Shown here piece after piece: positions 40,527 through 49,862 of a stretch of DNA of 64,000 bases. The notes under the pieces are model-generated. The model searched no databases, was not told the DNA's origin, and worked only from the letters and a program-made list of their open reading frames with translations. The stretch's first letter is position 1. Each line of letters opens with the position of its first letter. Source of the DNA: a virus. The translations under genes and the position numbers were made by a program. The stretch spans positions 24,776 to 88,775 of IMG/VR virus record IMGVR_UViG_3300042448_001704, one strand, 5' to 3'.

Positions 40527-41308
40527 CAGATAATAGAAAGTTCACTTTTTATCTAGGAACAGACAATCCAGCATGGCTAAAGCATGCCGATATACCCCTC
40601 TTTGTTTCTCATTATCGGATCAAAAGATACGTCAACATGCCAAGGGCAATTTGTAACTGGTCATTGGACAGCGGCGGATTCACACAACTATCCATGTTTG
40701 GTGGATGGACAATAACAGCTTCAGAGTACGCAAATGCCGTAAGACGGTATAAAGACGAAATAGGCATGATGGACTGGGCTTCACAGCAAGACTGGATGTG
40801 CGAAGACGCAATGCTTGCAAAGACTGGGTTATCTATAGAAAAGCATCAGGAACTAACAGTTAACAACTATCTAGATTTACAGATGATTGCAGACGACCTA
40901 CCCATTGTTCCTGTCATACAAGGCCAAACACTAGATCAATATCGCCGGCATGTAGACATGTTTAACAAAGCCGGAATAGACCTACTTAGCAAAGACATAG
41001 TTGGTATTGGCTCTGTCTGTAGAAGGCAATCAACCAACGAAATAAAATCAATAGTAGAACCCTTGACACTAGATGGTTTAAAACTACACGGATTCGGCAT
41101 GAAAAGAACAGGACTCCGACAAGTAGGACACGCAATGACCAGTAGTGATTCAATGGCGTGGAGTTTCACCGCGCGCAGAGGAAACATACGGCTCCCCGAA
41201 TGTACCCACAAAGCAATAAAGTGTTCACACTGCTTGACATACGCCCTAAAATGGCGCAAATTAGTACTACAAGATTATTTAGATTCTTTCCCAACAGTAA
41301 CAATCTAA
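40520..41308 (+). CDS. TGT-fold protein, DpdA-like (7-deazaguanine DNA transglycosylase family)
   Basis: DSGGF, DWMCE, PVIQG, GIGSVCRR, HGFG, SSDSMAW and C-terminal Cys/His cluster. Confidence 0.75.
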   Translation: MLTDNRKFTFYLGTDNPAWLKHADIPLFVSHYRIKRYVNMPRAICNWSLDSGGFTQLSMFGGWTITASEYANAVRRYKDEIGMMDWASQQDWMCEDAMLAKTGLSIEKHQELTVNNYLDLQMIADDLPIVPVIQGQTLDQYRRHVDMFNKAGIDLLSKDIVGIGSVCRRQSTNEIKSIVEPLTLDGLKLHGFGMKRTGLRQVGHAMTSSDSMAWSFTARRGNIRLPECTHKAIKCSHCLTYALKWRKLVLQDYLDSFPTVTI

Positions 41309-41334
41309 AAAAACGCTATCCAACAAGGCAAACA

Positions 41335-41958
41335 ATGACAACAATAGTGGCAATACAAGGAGACGGTTACGCCGTAGTCTGCACAGATTCAAGGGTTTCA
41401 TCAATGGATGAATCAGGATTCGCATTCCAAATCACAACCCTCGGAGCAGGCTCCAGCAAAATAGCCCAAAACGGCAAATACCTATTAGGAGCTGCAGGAG
41501 ACGTACGAGCAATCAACATCCTGCACTACTCGTTCGTACCCCCAACACCAACACCCACACTAAAAGGCAAACAACTAGACGCCTTCATAACAAACAAATT
41601 CGTACCCGCACTACGGGCATGCTTTGACGAATCAGGGTATTCACTGCCAGAGCGCGACTCATCCGAACATCTCGCAGAACACAACTCCACGATCCTCGTA
41701 GTCATAAATGGCACTATATACATAATAGACGGAGACTACTCCTGGACATCAGACAACAACGGAATTTACGCTATCGGTTCAGGTTCACCCTATGCGCTAG
41801 GAGCAATACAAGCCTTAACGCCGAAACAAAAACCAACACTCCAACAAGCCAAAAACATCGCTGTTAAAGCATTAAACATCACAACCAAATTTGACCCTTA
41901 CACAGGTCCGCCGTACCAGACATACACACAAGAAAACCCTTTGCCAGCAAGAAAATAA
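41335..41958 (+). CDS. Ntn-hydrolase protease (HslV/proteasome beta-like)
   Basis: N-terminal MTTI, DSR, K, GSGS.YALGA, D.YTG. Confidence 0.85.
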   Translation: MTTIVAIQGDGYAVVCTDSRVSSMDESGFAFQITTLGAGSSKIAQNGKYLLGAAGDVRAINILHYSFVPPTPTPTLKGKQLDAFITNKFVPALRACFDESGYSLPERDSSEHLAEHNSTILVVINGTIYIIDGDYSWTSDNNGIYAIGSGSPYALGAIQALTPKQKPTLQQAKNIAVKALNITTKFDPYTGPPYQTYTQENPLPARK

Positions 41959-41969
41959 CGGCTAATAAT

Positions 41970-42281
41970 ATGACTGACACAAACCCAATAGATTTAACCG
42001 ATACACACGAAACAACCTGGACAAACAAAGCATCCTGCAAAGGCCTAACACACCTCATGTTCCCCAAAGAACACAAAGACATCACCTACATAAAACAAGC
42101 CCGACTCATATGCAAAACATGCCCAGTCATAGAACAATGCCTAGACTACGCACTAGAATTCCCCGCAGCAGACATGCACGGAGTATGGGCAGGCTTAACA
42201 AGCAGACAACTACTAGCAGAACAAAGACGACAAGGCCGAACCCCCACACGCCCATCAATCGCCCAAATGTATCCCCACTAG
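41970..42281 (+). CDS. whiB: WhiB-family Fe-S transcription factor
   Basis: W...ASC...ARLICKTCPVIEQCLDYAL...GVWAG. Confidence 0.9.
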   Translation: MTDTNPIDLTDTHETTWTNKASCKGLTHLMFPKEHKDITYIKQARLICKTCPVIEQCLDYALEFPAADMHGVWAGLTSRQLLAEQRRQGRTPTRPSIAQMYPH

Positions 42282-42622
42282 AAAACCCTAATCCCACACG
42301 AATCACAAAACACCATAGACCCACCATCAGAAGACACATCCACACGGTCACACGAAACCAAACCACACGGTTGCAAAGAACGCTCCCCCGCCAAATACTC
42401 ACGAATAGTGTCAGCAGGAGTGCGGGCGGTCCCCGAGGTTAGTTCTGGCAGCTTTTTGTTGTTGCGTACTGCGTCGTGTATGACGTGATTGATCCATTGG
42501 GTGAGGGATGTTTCGTTTTCTTCACATATTCTGAGTATGTCGTTTTTTAGCCAGCCGGGTACGGTGGTTTGTATGTTGTACTTGTGGTCTGGGTTTTTGG
42601 CTGGTTCAGGTTGGCGAGGCAT
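42278..42622 (-). CDS. RHH-like DNA-binding protein with C-terminal Cys motif
   Basis: IQTTVPGWLKNDILRIC...SLTQWI; C...C...CDSC. Confidence 0.6.
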   Translation of the reverse strand: MPRQPEPAKNPDHKYNIQTTVPGWLKNDILRICEENETSLTQWINHVIHDAVRNNKKLPELTSGTARTPADTIREYLAGERSLQPCGLVSCDRVDVSSDGGSMVFCDSCGIRVF

Positions 42623-42773
42623 CGCGTAATACTAGCGTCACTATATATTCTGTGATGGTCATATCGTATCCGTCGGATAGTTCTATGATTTGGTTTTTGA
42701 GCTCTGCTGGTATTTTGATGGTGAGGGTTGACACACCTGTGGCTTCTTTGGGTGGGCGGCCGTTTCGTTTCAT
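42606..42773 (-). CDS. 55 aa RHH-like regulator (not in ORF track)
   Basis: MKRNGRPPKEATGVSTLTIKIPAELKNQIIELSDGYDMTITEYIVTLV... Confidence 0.7.
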   Translation of the reverse strand: MKRNGRPPKEATGVSTLTIKIPAELKNQIIELSDGYDMTITEYIVTLVLRDASPT

Positions 42774-43030
42774 TTTGGTTTACCTAATAGCCATTCTGAC
42801 AGTTCTGCTTTGCCAAAATATTTGGAGATGTCTCCGCCTGTTCGGTGGTGCCAGTTGATGAGTTTTATCATTGAGTTGGTTAGTTCACGATTTGCTTCCA
42901 ATATTGGATCTCTTTGTGTTATTGGATCTTTGGATTCTTTGTGCACATAACAGTAGTAGCCTCCACCCATTGCGTTTGCGTTGCATTGGTTGCCATCTTT
43001 TCTTTTTGATTGGCACGTGCGGGGTTTCAT
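42770..43030 (-). CDS. C3H zinc-finger-like protein
   Basis: RTCQSKRKDGNQC...YCYVH; start moved to the in-frame ATG at 43030. Confidence 0.65.
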   Translation of the reverse strand: MKPRTCQSKRKDGNQCNANAMGGGYYCYVHKESKDPITQRDPILEANRELTNSMIKLINWHHRTGGDISKYFGKAELSEWLLGKPK

Positions 43031-43242
43031 TGTGTTGGTCGTCTGTAGTAGGGGATTAGTTCCAGGATTTCGTCGCCTGTCCAAGTGTTTATGTGTAGGA
43101 ACTGTTGTTTTTTGGGGACTGTTGGTTGTTGTGGGTAGGGGGAGCCTTGATGTACTCCGCAGTGTGGGGTGAGGTGCATTGCTCCTGATTTGCATTGGGT
43201 TCCACTTTTGGTGGTTGCTTGGCATCGTGTGTATCTGTTCAT
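43027..43242 (-). CDS. C3H zinc-finger-like protein, paralog of neighbour
   Basis: RCQATTKSGTQC...HCGVH. Confidence 0.65.
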   Translation of the reverse strand: MNRYTRCQATTKSGTQCKSGAMHLTPHCGVHQGSPYPQQPTVPKKQQFLHINTWTGDEILELIPYYRRPTQ

Positions 43243-43658
43243 TTGTATTCCTTATTTACGTGTTCTGTATAGATTTGTATGAAGTGTTCTCGATCGGCGT
43301 TTGTGTGTAGGTTGAATCCGCCGATGGTGGTGATTGTCTTTTGGAGCATCGGGTGGATGTTGGCGGGTGTGTAGGCTCCGCTGTCCATTTGTCCTGCGAT
43401 GGTGCGGTATTCTGACCAGGCGAATGCCGGCGATGGGGTGTCTGGGTCTACGGCTCTTCGGTAGATGGTTCCTGGGCGCGGTGCCCAACTGTCCTCTTTC
43501 GCTAGTTGCGTTATAATACTGTCAACTTCTGTGTAGTCTAACGATTCAAGTAGGGTAAACCAGGTTTTGTAGATCGTCTGCAGCTGGGCAGGCAAAGGCT
43601 GGATATTCCAGTTCGCATGAACCCGGTCAACGACCTGCTTGAGTTCTTCCTTATTCAC
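43239..43658 (-). CDS. Putative helicase loader/inhibitor (G39P-like)
   Basis: W..LL..LDY.EV...WAP.P.., AW, IGG...L pattern. Confidence 0.55.
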   Translation of the reverse strand: MNKEELKQVVDRVHANWNIQPLPAQLQTIYKTWFTLLESLDYTEVDSIITQLAKEDSWAPRPGTIYRRAVDPDTPSPAFAWSEYRTIAGQMDSGAYTPANIHPMLQKTITTIGGFNLHTNADREHFIQIYTEHVNKEYK

Positions 43659-43890
43659 CAGACAGTAAGTTCTTAGACATCCAGGTAGCTGAGGCTTCAG
43701 TACCGATATGGAGAGAAAGTCCGCAACAGCCCAGTGCGTCCAGAAGAAGATCAGAATTTAGTTCTTTGTTCAGATTAGGAATGAATGATTGGAGTCTCTT
43801 GATGAGATCCTCTGCAAACAACTCCTGGTGAGTGTCTGTTAGTTCACGGATTTTCCTGCGGTCAGCAAGAGATATTGTATTAGTTGTCAT
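43651..43890 (-). CDS. Hypothetical protein
   Basis: 79 aa ORF in operon. Confidence 0.55.
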   Translation of the reverse strand: MTTNTISLADRRKIRELTDTHQELFAEDLIKRLQSFIPNLNKELNSDLLLDALGCCGLSLHIGTEASATWMSKNLLSGE

Positions 43891-43999
43891 ATTTTTTTCT
43901 TTCTTTGTTTAGATTATTCATCGGCCATCTTCGCCATAACAGCAATAGCACCGACCAGACATATATGACTACCTAGCCATATTAAAAGAAGACCCAACA

Positions 44000-44347
44000 T
44001 TAGAAAGGCTCCACAAAAGGATTATCCTCAGCGATTTGAAGAAACCCTTCAATCTTGTCAGAATTCCGGAAAATAAGATCCAACGAGTCATAACGCTTCC
44101 GCTGCTTATTACCCCCCATATGGAAAGAAGACAAACTACAACCCCTTATAACCTCTAGACAAGTTTCTAGAGTGTAATCGTGGATTGCTGAACCAATTAA
44201 TTCTTTTCGCTCGGGTGACAGCTGTGCTCTGGTGCCCTTGTTCATGATCTCGCGCCAGTATGCGAACACGTGTTCAATGTCTTCCGTTGGGATAGACGCA
44301 GCTTTACTGGCCCTGGAAAGTTTAGTTTCCTGTTTGGTTCTTGACAT
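44000..44347 (-). CDS. Replication-initiator C-terminal-like protein
   Basis: VFAYW...R...I.GC..S.FHMG.N...YD.LDLIFR. Confidence 0.5.
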   Translation of the reverse strand: MSRTKQETKLSRASKAASIPTEDIEHVFAYWREIMNKGTRAQLSPERKELIGSAIHDYTLETCLEVIRGCSLSSFHMGGNKQRKRYDSLDLIFRNSDKIEGFLQIAEDNPFVEPF

Positions 44348-44504
44348 TTTTAAAACCTTTGCGTCGTTTAATGCGGTAGCCATTTACGTGGAGTGAATCA
44401 ACAACAGCTTCTGGAATTCCAGCCCACATAACTCCGTGCCTAGCAAGCACGCCGGCGATGACTTTTTCTTTACGGCTCAGCGAATCAAAACTAGAAGTAT
44501 CCAT
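44322..44504 (-). CDS. Hypothetical protein
   Basis: ATG preceded by TATACT -10 (leaderless-type). Confidence 0.5.
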   Translation of the reverse strand: MDTSSFDSLSRKEKVIAGVLARHGVMWAGIPEAVVDSLHVNGYRIKRRKGFKNVKNQTGN

Positions 44505-44987
44505 ACATGGAAGTATATCTAGGACTTTCCTGAAAGTCAAATCGGAAGAAGAATAACCATAACCATCCACGACAAATAAAGTAGAAGGTAAATAGAGAAG
44601 AGAAACTCTTTGGAGGGGGTTCGGGGGAACCTTTTCAAAATTCTCGATTGTTTTTTGGGCAACACAAATAGAACTCTTTGATCGCGGGTGCGATTAGAGT
44701 CTCGGAGTGGCCGGCCGAGTTGCTATACGCCACCGTCAAACATAGGATGCTTCAGGTGGTGAGATGTAAAGATAGCAGGTCTATTTTCTCGATGCAACAC
44801 GTGTTACAAAATAAATGTTATATATGCTGCAGCGACGTTATTGTGAGGCTGCGCGAGTCCCGTTGTTTTATAACGTATTCCGCGAGCACGTAGAAACGTT
44901 TCCGGAAGCCGGCGAAAAAGATTATTTCGCCGCTTTCCGCCACCGTCAAACATAGGATCAAAAAAGCGCCTGGATTTCCAGGCTGGG

Positions 44988-45314
44988 TTATCCCTCTGCG
45001 TGCTCTTCCAGATATTCCATAGCTGCTTGGAAGCCCCGCTTGAGGACTGTAGCCATAATGAATGCCGTGGCTTCTTGATCCGAGAAGTCTCCGTCACTGG
45101 ACGCGATGGCACGTATCTTGTTTTCTATAGCTTGTTCGTTAAATACGACGGTTACGCTTTTGCCGTCAACACTGAAACAAACCGGGCCGTCTTCTTGAAT
45201 CGCCGGCGCTTTAGCTGCAATAATTGTTATTTCTGAACCTTCTGGTTCAGTAACGAATTTTGCAATGATGTCTTGATCGTTATCGTTTGACCAGTCCATA
45301 TGTTCTATTTCCAT
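44988..45314 (-). CDS. Acidic hypothetical protein
   Basis: 108 aa ORF between two non-coding islands. Confidence 0.6.
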   Translation of the reverse strand: MEIEHMDWSNDNDQDIIAKFVTEPEGSEITIIAAKAPAIQEDGPVCFSVDGKSVTVVFNEQAIENKIRAIASSDGDFSDQEATAFIMATVLKRGFQAAMEYLEEHAEG

Positions 45315-45551
45315 AGTTTATTCTTTCTTTTTAAGGTAAAGCTTACGAAAGCCGGAAGACTTTCGCACGGGTTTGTTTTATAAGAATAAACCAATCTGTA
45401 CCAGGAATAATTTTAACGTGTCTCATTTCTTCCTGGAAGAAGATGTTTTCACGGACGTTTGGTGGCCTGTTCGGTAAACCGACGCTGCCTAGATAGAAGA
45501 CGAGAAGTTTTCCTCTTGCCTGGTTGTAAAATCGGCGGCTATCCTCCACCG

Positions 45552-45600
45552 TCAAACATAGGATCAAATTAATATCCAAGGAATTTGACCCTATGTTTGA
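45552..45600. repeat. 19-bp inverted repeat
   Basis: TCAAACATAGGATCAAATT ... AATTTGACCCTATGTTTGA (1 mismatch), overlapping the 16-mer extension. Confidence 0.85.
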
Positions 45601-45639
45601 AGCTGGGGAATGGCTTAGCGCCACTCCCCCGTCTGTACC

Positions 45640-45909
45640 TTAGGAGGCGGTTTCAGATTTTAGTGAGAAGTTCGTCGTTGCGAGCTGCATGCTCAGCATG
45701 CTGTGAATTTCTGCATTTTCAAACATTAGTTCTAGCGGCTGCTCGCTGCCTGGAATGGGGAGCCAATTGCCCAGTTCTGGATCCCAGATTGTTTTTCCAA
45801 ACCGGTGATCTGCTTGATCTTGATCAATTGTGTAAAAAACTTCTTTTGTATCGAGATCAACTTCTGCCGCGACGACAAAAAAATGTTGCCTTGTTCGCTT
45901 TTGTGTCAT
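45640..45909 (-). CDS. Hypothetical protein
   Basis: AAGGGA RBS before MTQKRT. Confidence 0.6.
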   Translation of the reverse strand: MTQKRTRQHFFVVAAEVDLDTKEVFYTIDQDQADHRFGKTIWDPELGNWLPIPGSEQPLELMFENAEIHSMLSMQLATTNFSLKSETAS

Positions 45910-46320
45910 TGTGAATTCCCTTCTAACATAACAAGCACAGCATATCACGGAAAATATCCGTTGTCAATAGTGAATATTTTTAGAAATACTTCTGACATTT
46001 TGACCCTCAGGGGCCTTACGTCTAAAAAAGCAAAAAAAACAACTTTCTGGTTACTGGGACCGGCTCCGCCACTCGATAGAAAAAGCAAAAAAATACTATT
46101 TTTTTTAATTCCGTCCGGTTATCCGCCACCGTCAAGAATAGGATGCCTTTTATTACGTGTTTTATTTAGATTTATCTGAACCAGCTGCTGAGTCAGATCG
46201 CGCAGCTAGCCTGGAAACCCGGGCACGTGCCGGGTAGTCCCGCTGCTGGGATCCAAATTTAGGTGAAAATGTTTTAATAGTTTCACCCAGAAGCCGGCGA
46301 TACGAACTAGTGTTCGGTCT

Positions 46321-46707
46321 ATGACAAATACACGCCTTCCACAGAAATCACGATGGGATCGGAACTTCGCCGCCCTTCAGCAATACGTCGCCAGAACCGG
46401 CAACGCTCTTGTACCGACATCACACACTGAACTGCACGACGACCGCAATGTTCCTATCGGAGCCTGGGTCGCTTACATGCGTCAGCGTGCACGCTTCAAC
46501 AAGCTTCCACAAGATCGTGTTGCAGCACTGGCCGGCCTTCAGGGTTGGGCTTGGGGTCCACTGCGTCCAGGACCATCAGGTGATGATGCACGAGACATCG
46601 AGATTGTGAATCTCCGCAACCAAGGTCACAGTCTTCAGACAATCGCTAAGCAAGTAGGACTTTCACGTCAGCGCGTTCACCAGATTGCAAAAGCTAAAAA
46701 CGCATGA
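46321..46707 (+). CDS. Helicase-associated (HA) domain plus C-terminal HTH protein
   Basis: W...F..L.QY...G...VP...IGAWV...R...L...R...L....WAW; SLQTIAKQVGLSRQRVHQI. Confidence 0.8.
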   Translation: MTNTRLPQKSRWDRNFAALQQYVARTGNALVPTSHTELHDDRNVPIGAWVAYMRQRARFNKLPQDRVAALAGLQGWAWGPLRPGPSGDDARDIEIVNLRNQGHSLQTIAKQVGLSRQRVHQIAKAKNA

Positions 46708-46982
46708 GTAACGAATGGAAGAATCCTCGCTTCCCGTCTTTTGAGATCCCAGAGGAATCCGAGACAGGAGCGCCAGGAAAAGCTATGTCGGTTTTTACCG
46801 CGCTACTGGGACTCGCAATACTTGTATCAACAAATACATTTTTTATTTGGGCAGCTCTTCAACTGTTGGGCCTGGACATTGAATATAGAAAAGCCGTAGG
46901 TGTCTCGATCCTTTGGATAATCTTCAGAGTGTACGATGGCGTGACACTTGGAAAAGCGTTAAGCAAAATTCAGCGACCGTAG
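46704..46982 (+). CDS. Two-TM membrane protein
   Basis: Hydropathy; ATGA overlap. Confidence 0.6.
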   Translation: MSNEWKNPRFPSFEIPEESETGAPGKAMSVFTALLGLAILVSTNTFFIWAALQLLGLDIEYRKAVGVSILWIIFRVYDGVTLGKALSKIQRP

Positions 46983-46985
46983 ATA

Positions 46986-47124
46986 CGGCTGTTGCCCCAT
47001 TGACCAAAAGGAGTAAAGTCAATGGGGCTGCCGGAGCGATAGACATACAATCGAGGTTGTGATGTCGCTCGGTTATGATCCAACAACATAACCAAAGCGA
47101 AAGTGGGGGTTTCCCCCCACTAAC
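46986..47124 (-). ncRNA. Candidate structured RNA (four hairpins, last with anti-Shine-Dalgarno loop)
   Basis: AGTGGGGG-GAAA-CCCCCACT; GGTTATG/CATAACC; GACAT/ATGTC; GCCCCATTGAC-TTTACTCCTTTTG-GTCAATGGGGC. Confidence 0.5.
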
Positions 47125-48645
47125 TTATTTCAGGTACGAACCTGTGGCATTGAAGTATGTCCGTTGCCAAGGTCGTGGCCATTCTGTGCGTGGCTTCATT
47201 CCTGCATTCAGTTGCTCAAGAACTTCTACGCCTTGAGTAACGTTCTTGCGAACAATGACACGACTCTTGATGCATTGATTAATACAATCCATCGCAAGTA
47301 AATCAGAATATCCAGTTCCGTCTCCGTGAATCTCGCCGTCCGTAATAAATACGATTGGGCTTGATGAACGATTACGCTTTGATATTGCGAATGCAAGGGC
47401 CGGTCCGTCCACTCCGTTGTTTCCAGGAAGTGTAGGAAGTGATTGAACCATCTTCCCCTTGTCGGCAAGAATCCAAATGTTTGGAGCACCTGCCGTGGTG
47501 GATGATGAATAAACAACAACCGTAGCGCCTGGCGACTTCTCAACAATGCGAACAATGTCTTCCGTCTTCAATTGCATGGAACCCGAACCATCGATCACAA
47601 CAACACCGCCGTTGCCTTTACGCCATTGATCAAAGACCCTCTTTTCAGGATCAGTCAATGCGTTAGTCAATCTGCGAGGATTGCGACCGAATGCACTAGG
47701 ACGACGCTTCTTACCGAGACCGCCAGGAGCGACACGATTAAGAAGTGACTCACCAAACTTTAATGGAACCCAACTATCAACACCACCACTGCGACGATTA
47801 TTAACAGTATTCTGTTTTTTAACATCATCAGGTGAAATAGGTGCTGGTTTGTTTGCTTTTCCTTTATTAGTTTTAGCGGCCGGTCCATCTGCATCTTCAC
47901 TTTCGTGCTTCTCTTTATGATCAACACTACTTGCTTCGTTTTCGTTCTCTTCCTTTTTCGGTGGATTGGCGAAACGATCCAACAATTCTGCAAGACGTTC
48001 TGTTGTAGAAAATCCGACTGGAGACAAATTGTTTTTCGGGTCAATAGCTGTATCGCTAAGACGACCGTACTTGTCTGCTTTCTTTAATTCTTTTTCAAAC
48101 TTCTTGATAATTGCTTTTAATGAATCGCCCCATTCACGATTGTGACGACGCACACCTGTAAGGAAAGGTTTATTTCCCCCACTGCATGCTGTCGCAATCG
48201 CACCATAAACAGCACCTGTCCAGTCGTCATTCTCTGAAACTTTTTCGCCGGCTGCGAGTTCGCTTCCATCAGAAAGATGGGTAGCAACATCAAAACCTGC
48301 TTTGTTGCAGAGAAAGTTGACACGCATTTCTTCAACGGCGCGCAATGCATTTTCGCTTGCGATCCCACGGTTTAGCCATTCTAAAAAATCGCTTCCAGGA
48401 GATACACGAGCGTGCATCATTTCATGCGCACGAATTGCACGAGCCGTTTGTTCTTGCGAAACAGGTACGACCATCTTTTTACCAACAATGTCGGTATAAG
48501 GAAGGCCGCGAACTGGTGCACATGATTCAATACTCCACGCTCCACCATCTTTGGAGGAGTCCTTTCTTCCCAACATTTCGGGAAGAGGGAGGACTGCCAC
48601 CTCGGAAGGATCGAGCACCTTGTTAGGTGTTGCGAGCATCGTCAT
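47125..48645 (-). CDS. VWA-domain protein with HExxH N-terminal domain (MoxR partner)
   Basis: HEMMH; charged linker; IDGSGSM MIDAS; ITDG. Confidence 0.85.
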   Translation of the reverse strand: MTMLATPNKVLDPSEVAVLPLPEMLGRKDSSKDGGAWSIESCAPVRGLPYTDIVGKKMVVPVSQEQTARAIRAHEMMHARVSPGSDFLEWLNRGIASENALRAVEEMRVNFLCNKAGFDVATHLSDGSELAAGEKVSENDDWTGAVYGAIATACSGGNKPFLTGVRRHNREWGDSLKAIIKKFEKELKKADKYGRLSDTAIDPKNNLSPVGFSTTERLAELLDRFANPPKKEENENEASSVDHKEKHESEDADGPAAKTNKGKANKPAPISPDDVKKQNTVNNRRSGGVDSWVPLKFGESLLNRVAPGGLGKKRRPSAFGRNPRRLTNALTDPEKRVFDQWRKGNGGVVVIDGSGSMQLKTEDIVRIVEKSPGATVVVYSSSTTAGAPNIWILADKGKMVQSLPTLPGNNGVDGPALAFAISKRNRSSSPIVFITDGEIHGDGTGYSDLLAMDCINQCIKSRVIVRKNVTQGVEVLEQLNAGMKPRTEWPRPWQRTYFNATGSYLK

Positions 48646-49364
48646 TAGACACCAACCTTGTCAATTGCAATAGCATCAACGAATGATTGCGCTTGCTGTC
48701 CAAGAATCATTTGAGCCGCGCGCTCATCTCCAAGAGATTTACGCAACTTGTCAAATGCGTAGAATGTACGCAAACTAATGCGACGCTCTCCTGCATCGGC
48801 CATGCGGACTGCATAACCTCGGAGGTCATGAGACAACAATGCGATTGCACTTGGATGTGGTTGATTAATACGAATGGCAACTGGAAAACGGTCACGCAAT
48901 GCTTCAGGAAGTTCACGCATGTCTTCAACGTTTGTCGTCATAACAACGCTGAACCCGTCCTTAGGTGCGATCGTGCGACCGTCCGATGGACGCTCCCACT
49001 TTGCACTGTCAGGTGTGTCGGTCATTGCCAGGAGGGTTGCGAAAACATCGCCACCTGCCTTGTCAATTTCGTCAACTACGAGACGACCACCGCGGATGCC
49101 GTCACCTTGCCATGCTTTTACGGCTGAGCCGTCTTTCCATGACCACTCATTTCCTGATGGAATGTAGTGTCCGGTAACATCACCATTGGTCATGTCTTCT
49201 GTGCAGATCAAACGCCATGCGCCTGCTTCAATATCTCCGTAATGGAGTCCTGCGTAGGTTTTGCCAGTTCCTGGCGGCCCAAACAAGATAAGACGGTCAA
49301 TGCCTGCATTGATTGCGTCTTGAACATCTTGCCAACATTGTGGCAAGTTTTGTACTTCGGTCAT
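48645..49364 (-). CDS. MoxR/CbbQ-like AAA+ ATPase
   Basis: GPPGTGKT, VVDEID, TTN, ALRDRF; AAGGAG RBS. Confidence 0.9.
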   Translation of the reverse strand: MTEVQNLPQCWQDVQDAINAGIDRLILFGPPGTGKTYAGLHYGDIEAGAWRLICTEDMTNGDVTGHYIPSGNEWSWKDGSAVKAWQGDGIRGGRLVVDEIDKAGGDVFATLLAMTDTPDSAKWERPSDGRTIAPKDGFSVVMTTNVEDMRELPEALRDRFPVAIRINQPHPSAIALLSHDLRGYAVRMADAGERRISLRTFYAFDKLRKSLGDERAAQMILGQQAQSFVDAIAIDKVGV

Positions 49365-49553
49365 TTTTAATTCTCCTTTTAGAATTAGTAACTGCTGACG
49401 GAATGTCAACAGTAAAAGCAAGTTTAACAGATGGGTGTGTCAACAATAAGTTGGATTGTTTTGACGATGCCCATCTGTCAACCAATAAAATAAGTCTAGC
49501 ACATGGGTGTGTCAACGTCAAATTGACAAACCCACATACGAGAGCCGGACTTT

Positions 49554-49808
49554 TTAGTCTTCCTGGGAAAAAATACTCTGATCGAGCTGATCAAAGTCAA
49601 TTTCAGGATCCAACCACAAAACACCATCTGGCGTGCGATCGCTCTGCATATATACAGAGATAAAGTCCTTGTATCTTGGCCGGCCGAGTTGGCCGCTGTA
49701 CGCCCCCATATAGGTGGAGTACTTCTTGTAGTTTGACTCATCGTTCATTAGCCACAGATTGATATTCCATGTCTGGCGATTCGTCCAACCGTTATAGTCT
49801 TCTGACAT
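49554..49808 (-). CDS. Conserved phage hypothetical protein
   Basis: YNGWTNRQTWNINLWLMNDE...TPDGV.W. Confidence 0.7.
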   Translation of the reverse strand: MSEDYNGWTNRQTWNINLWLMNDESNYKKYSTYMGAYSGQLGRPRYKDFISVYMQSDRTPDGVLWLDPEIDFDQLDQSIFSQED

Positions 49809-49862
49809 ATCTACTTCCTTTTTTATTAGATAAAGCTGGTGATCATTTCTGATCACCGTTAA

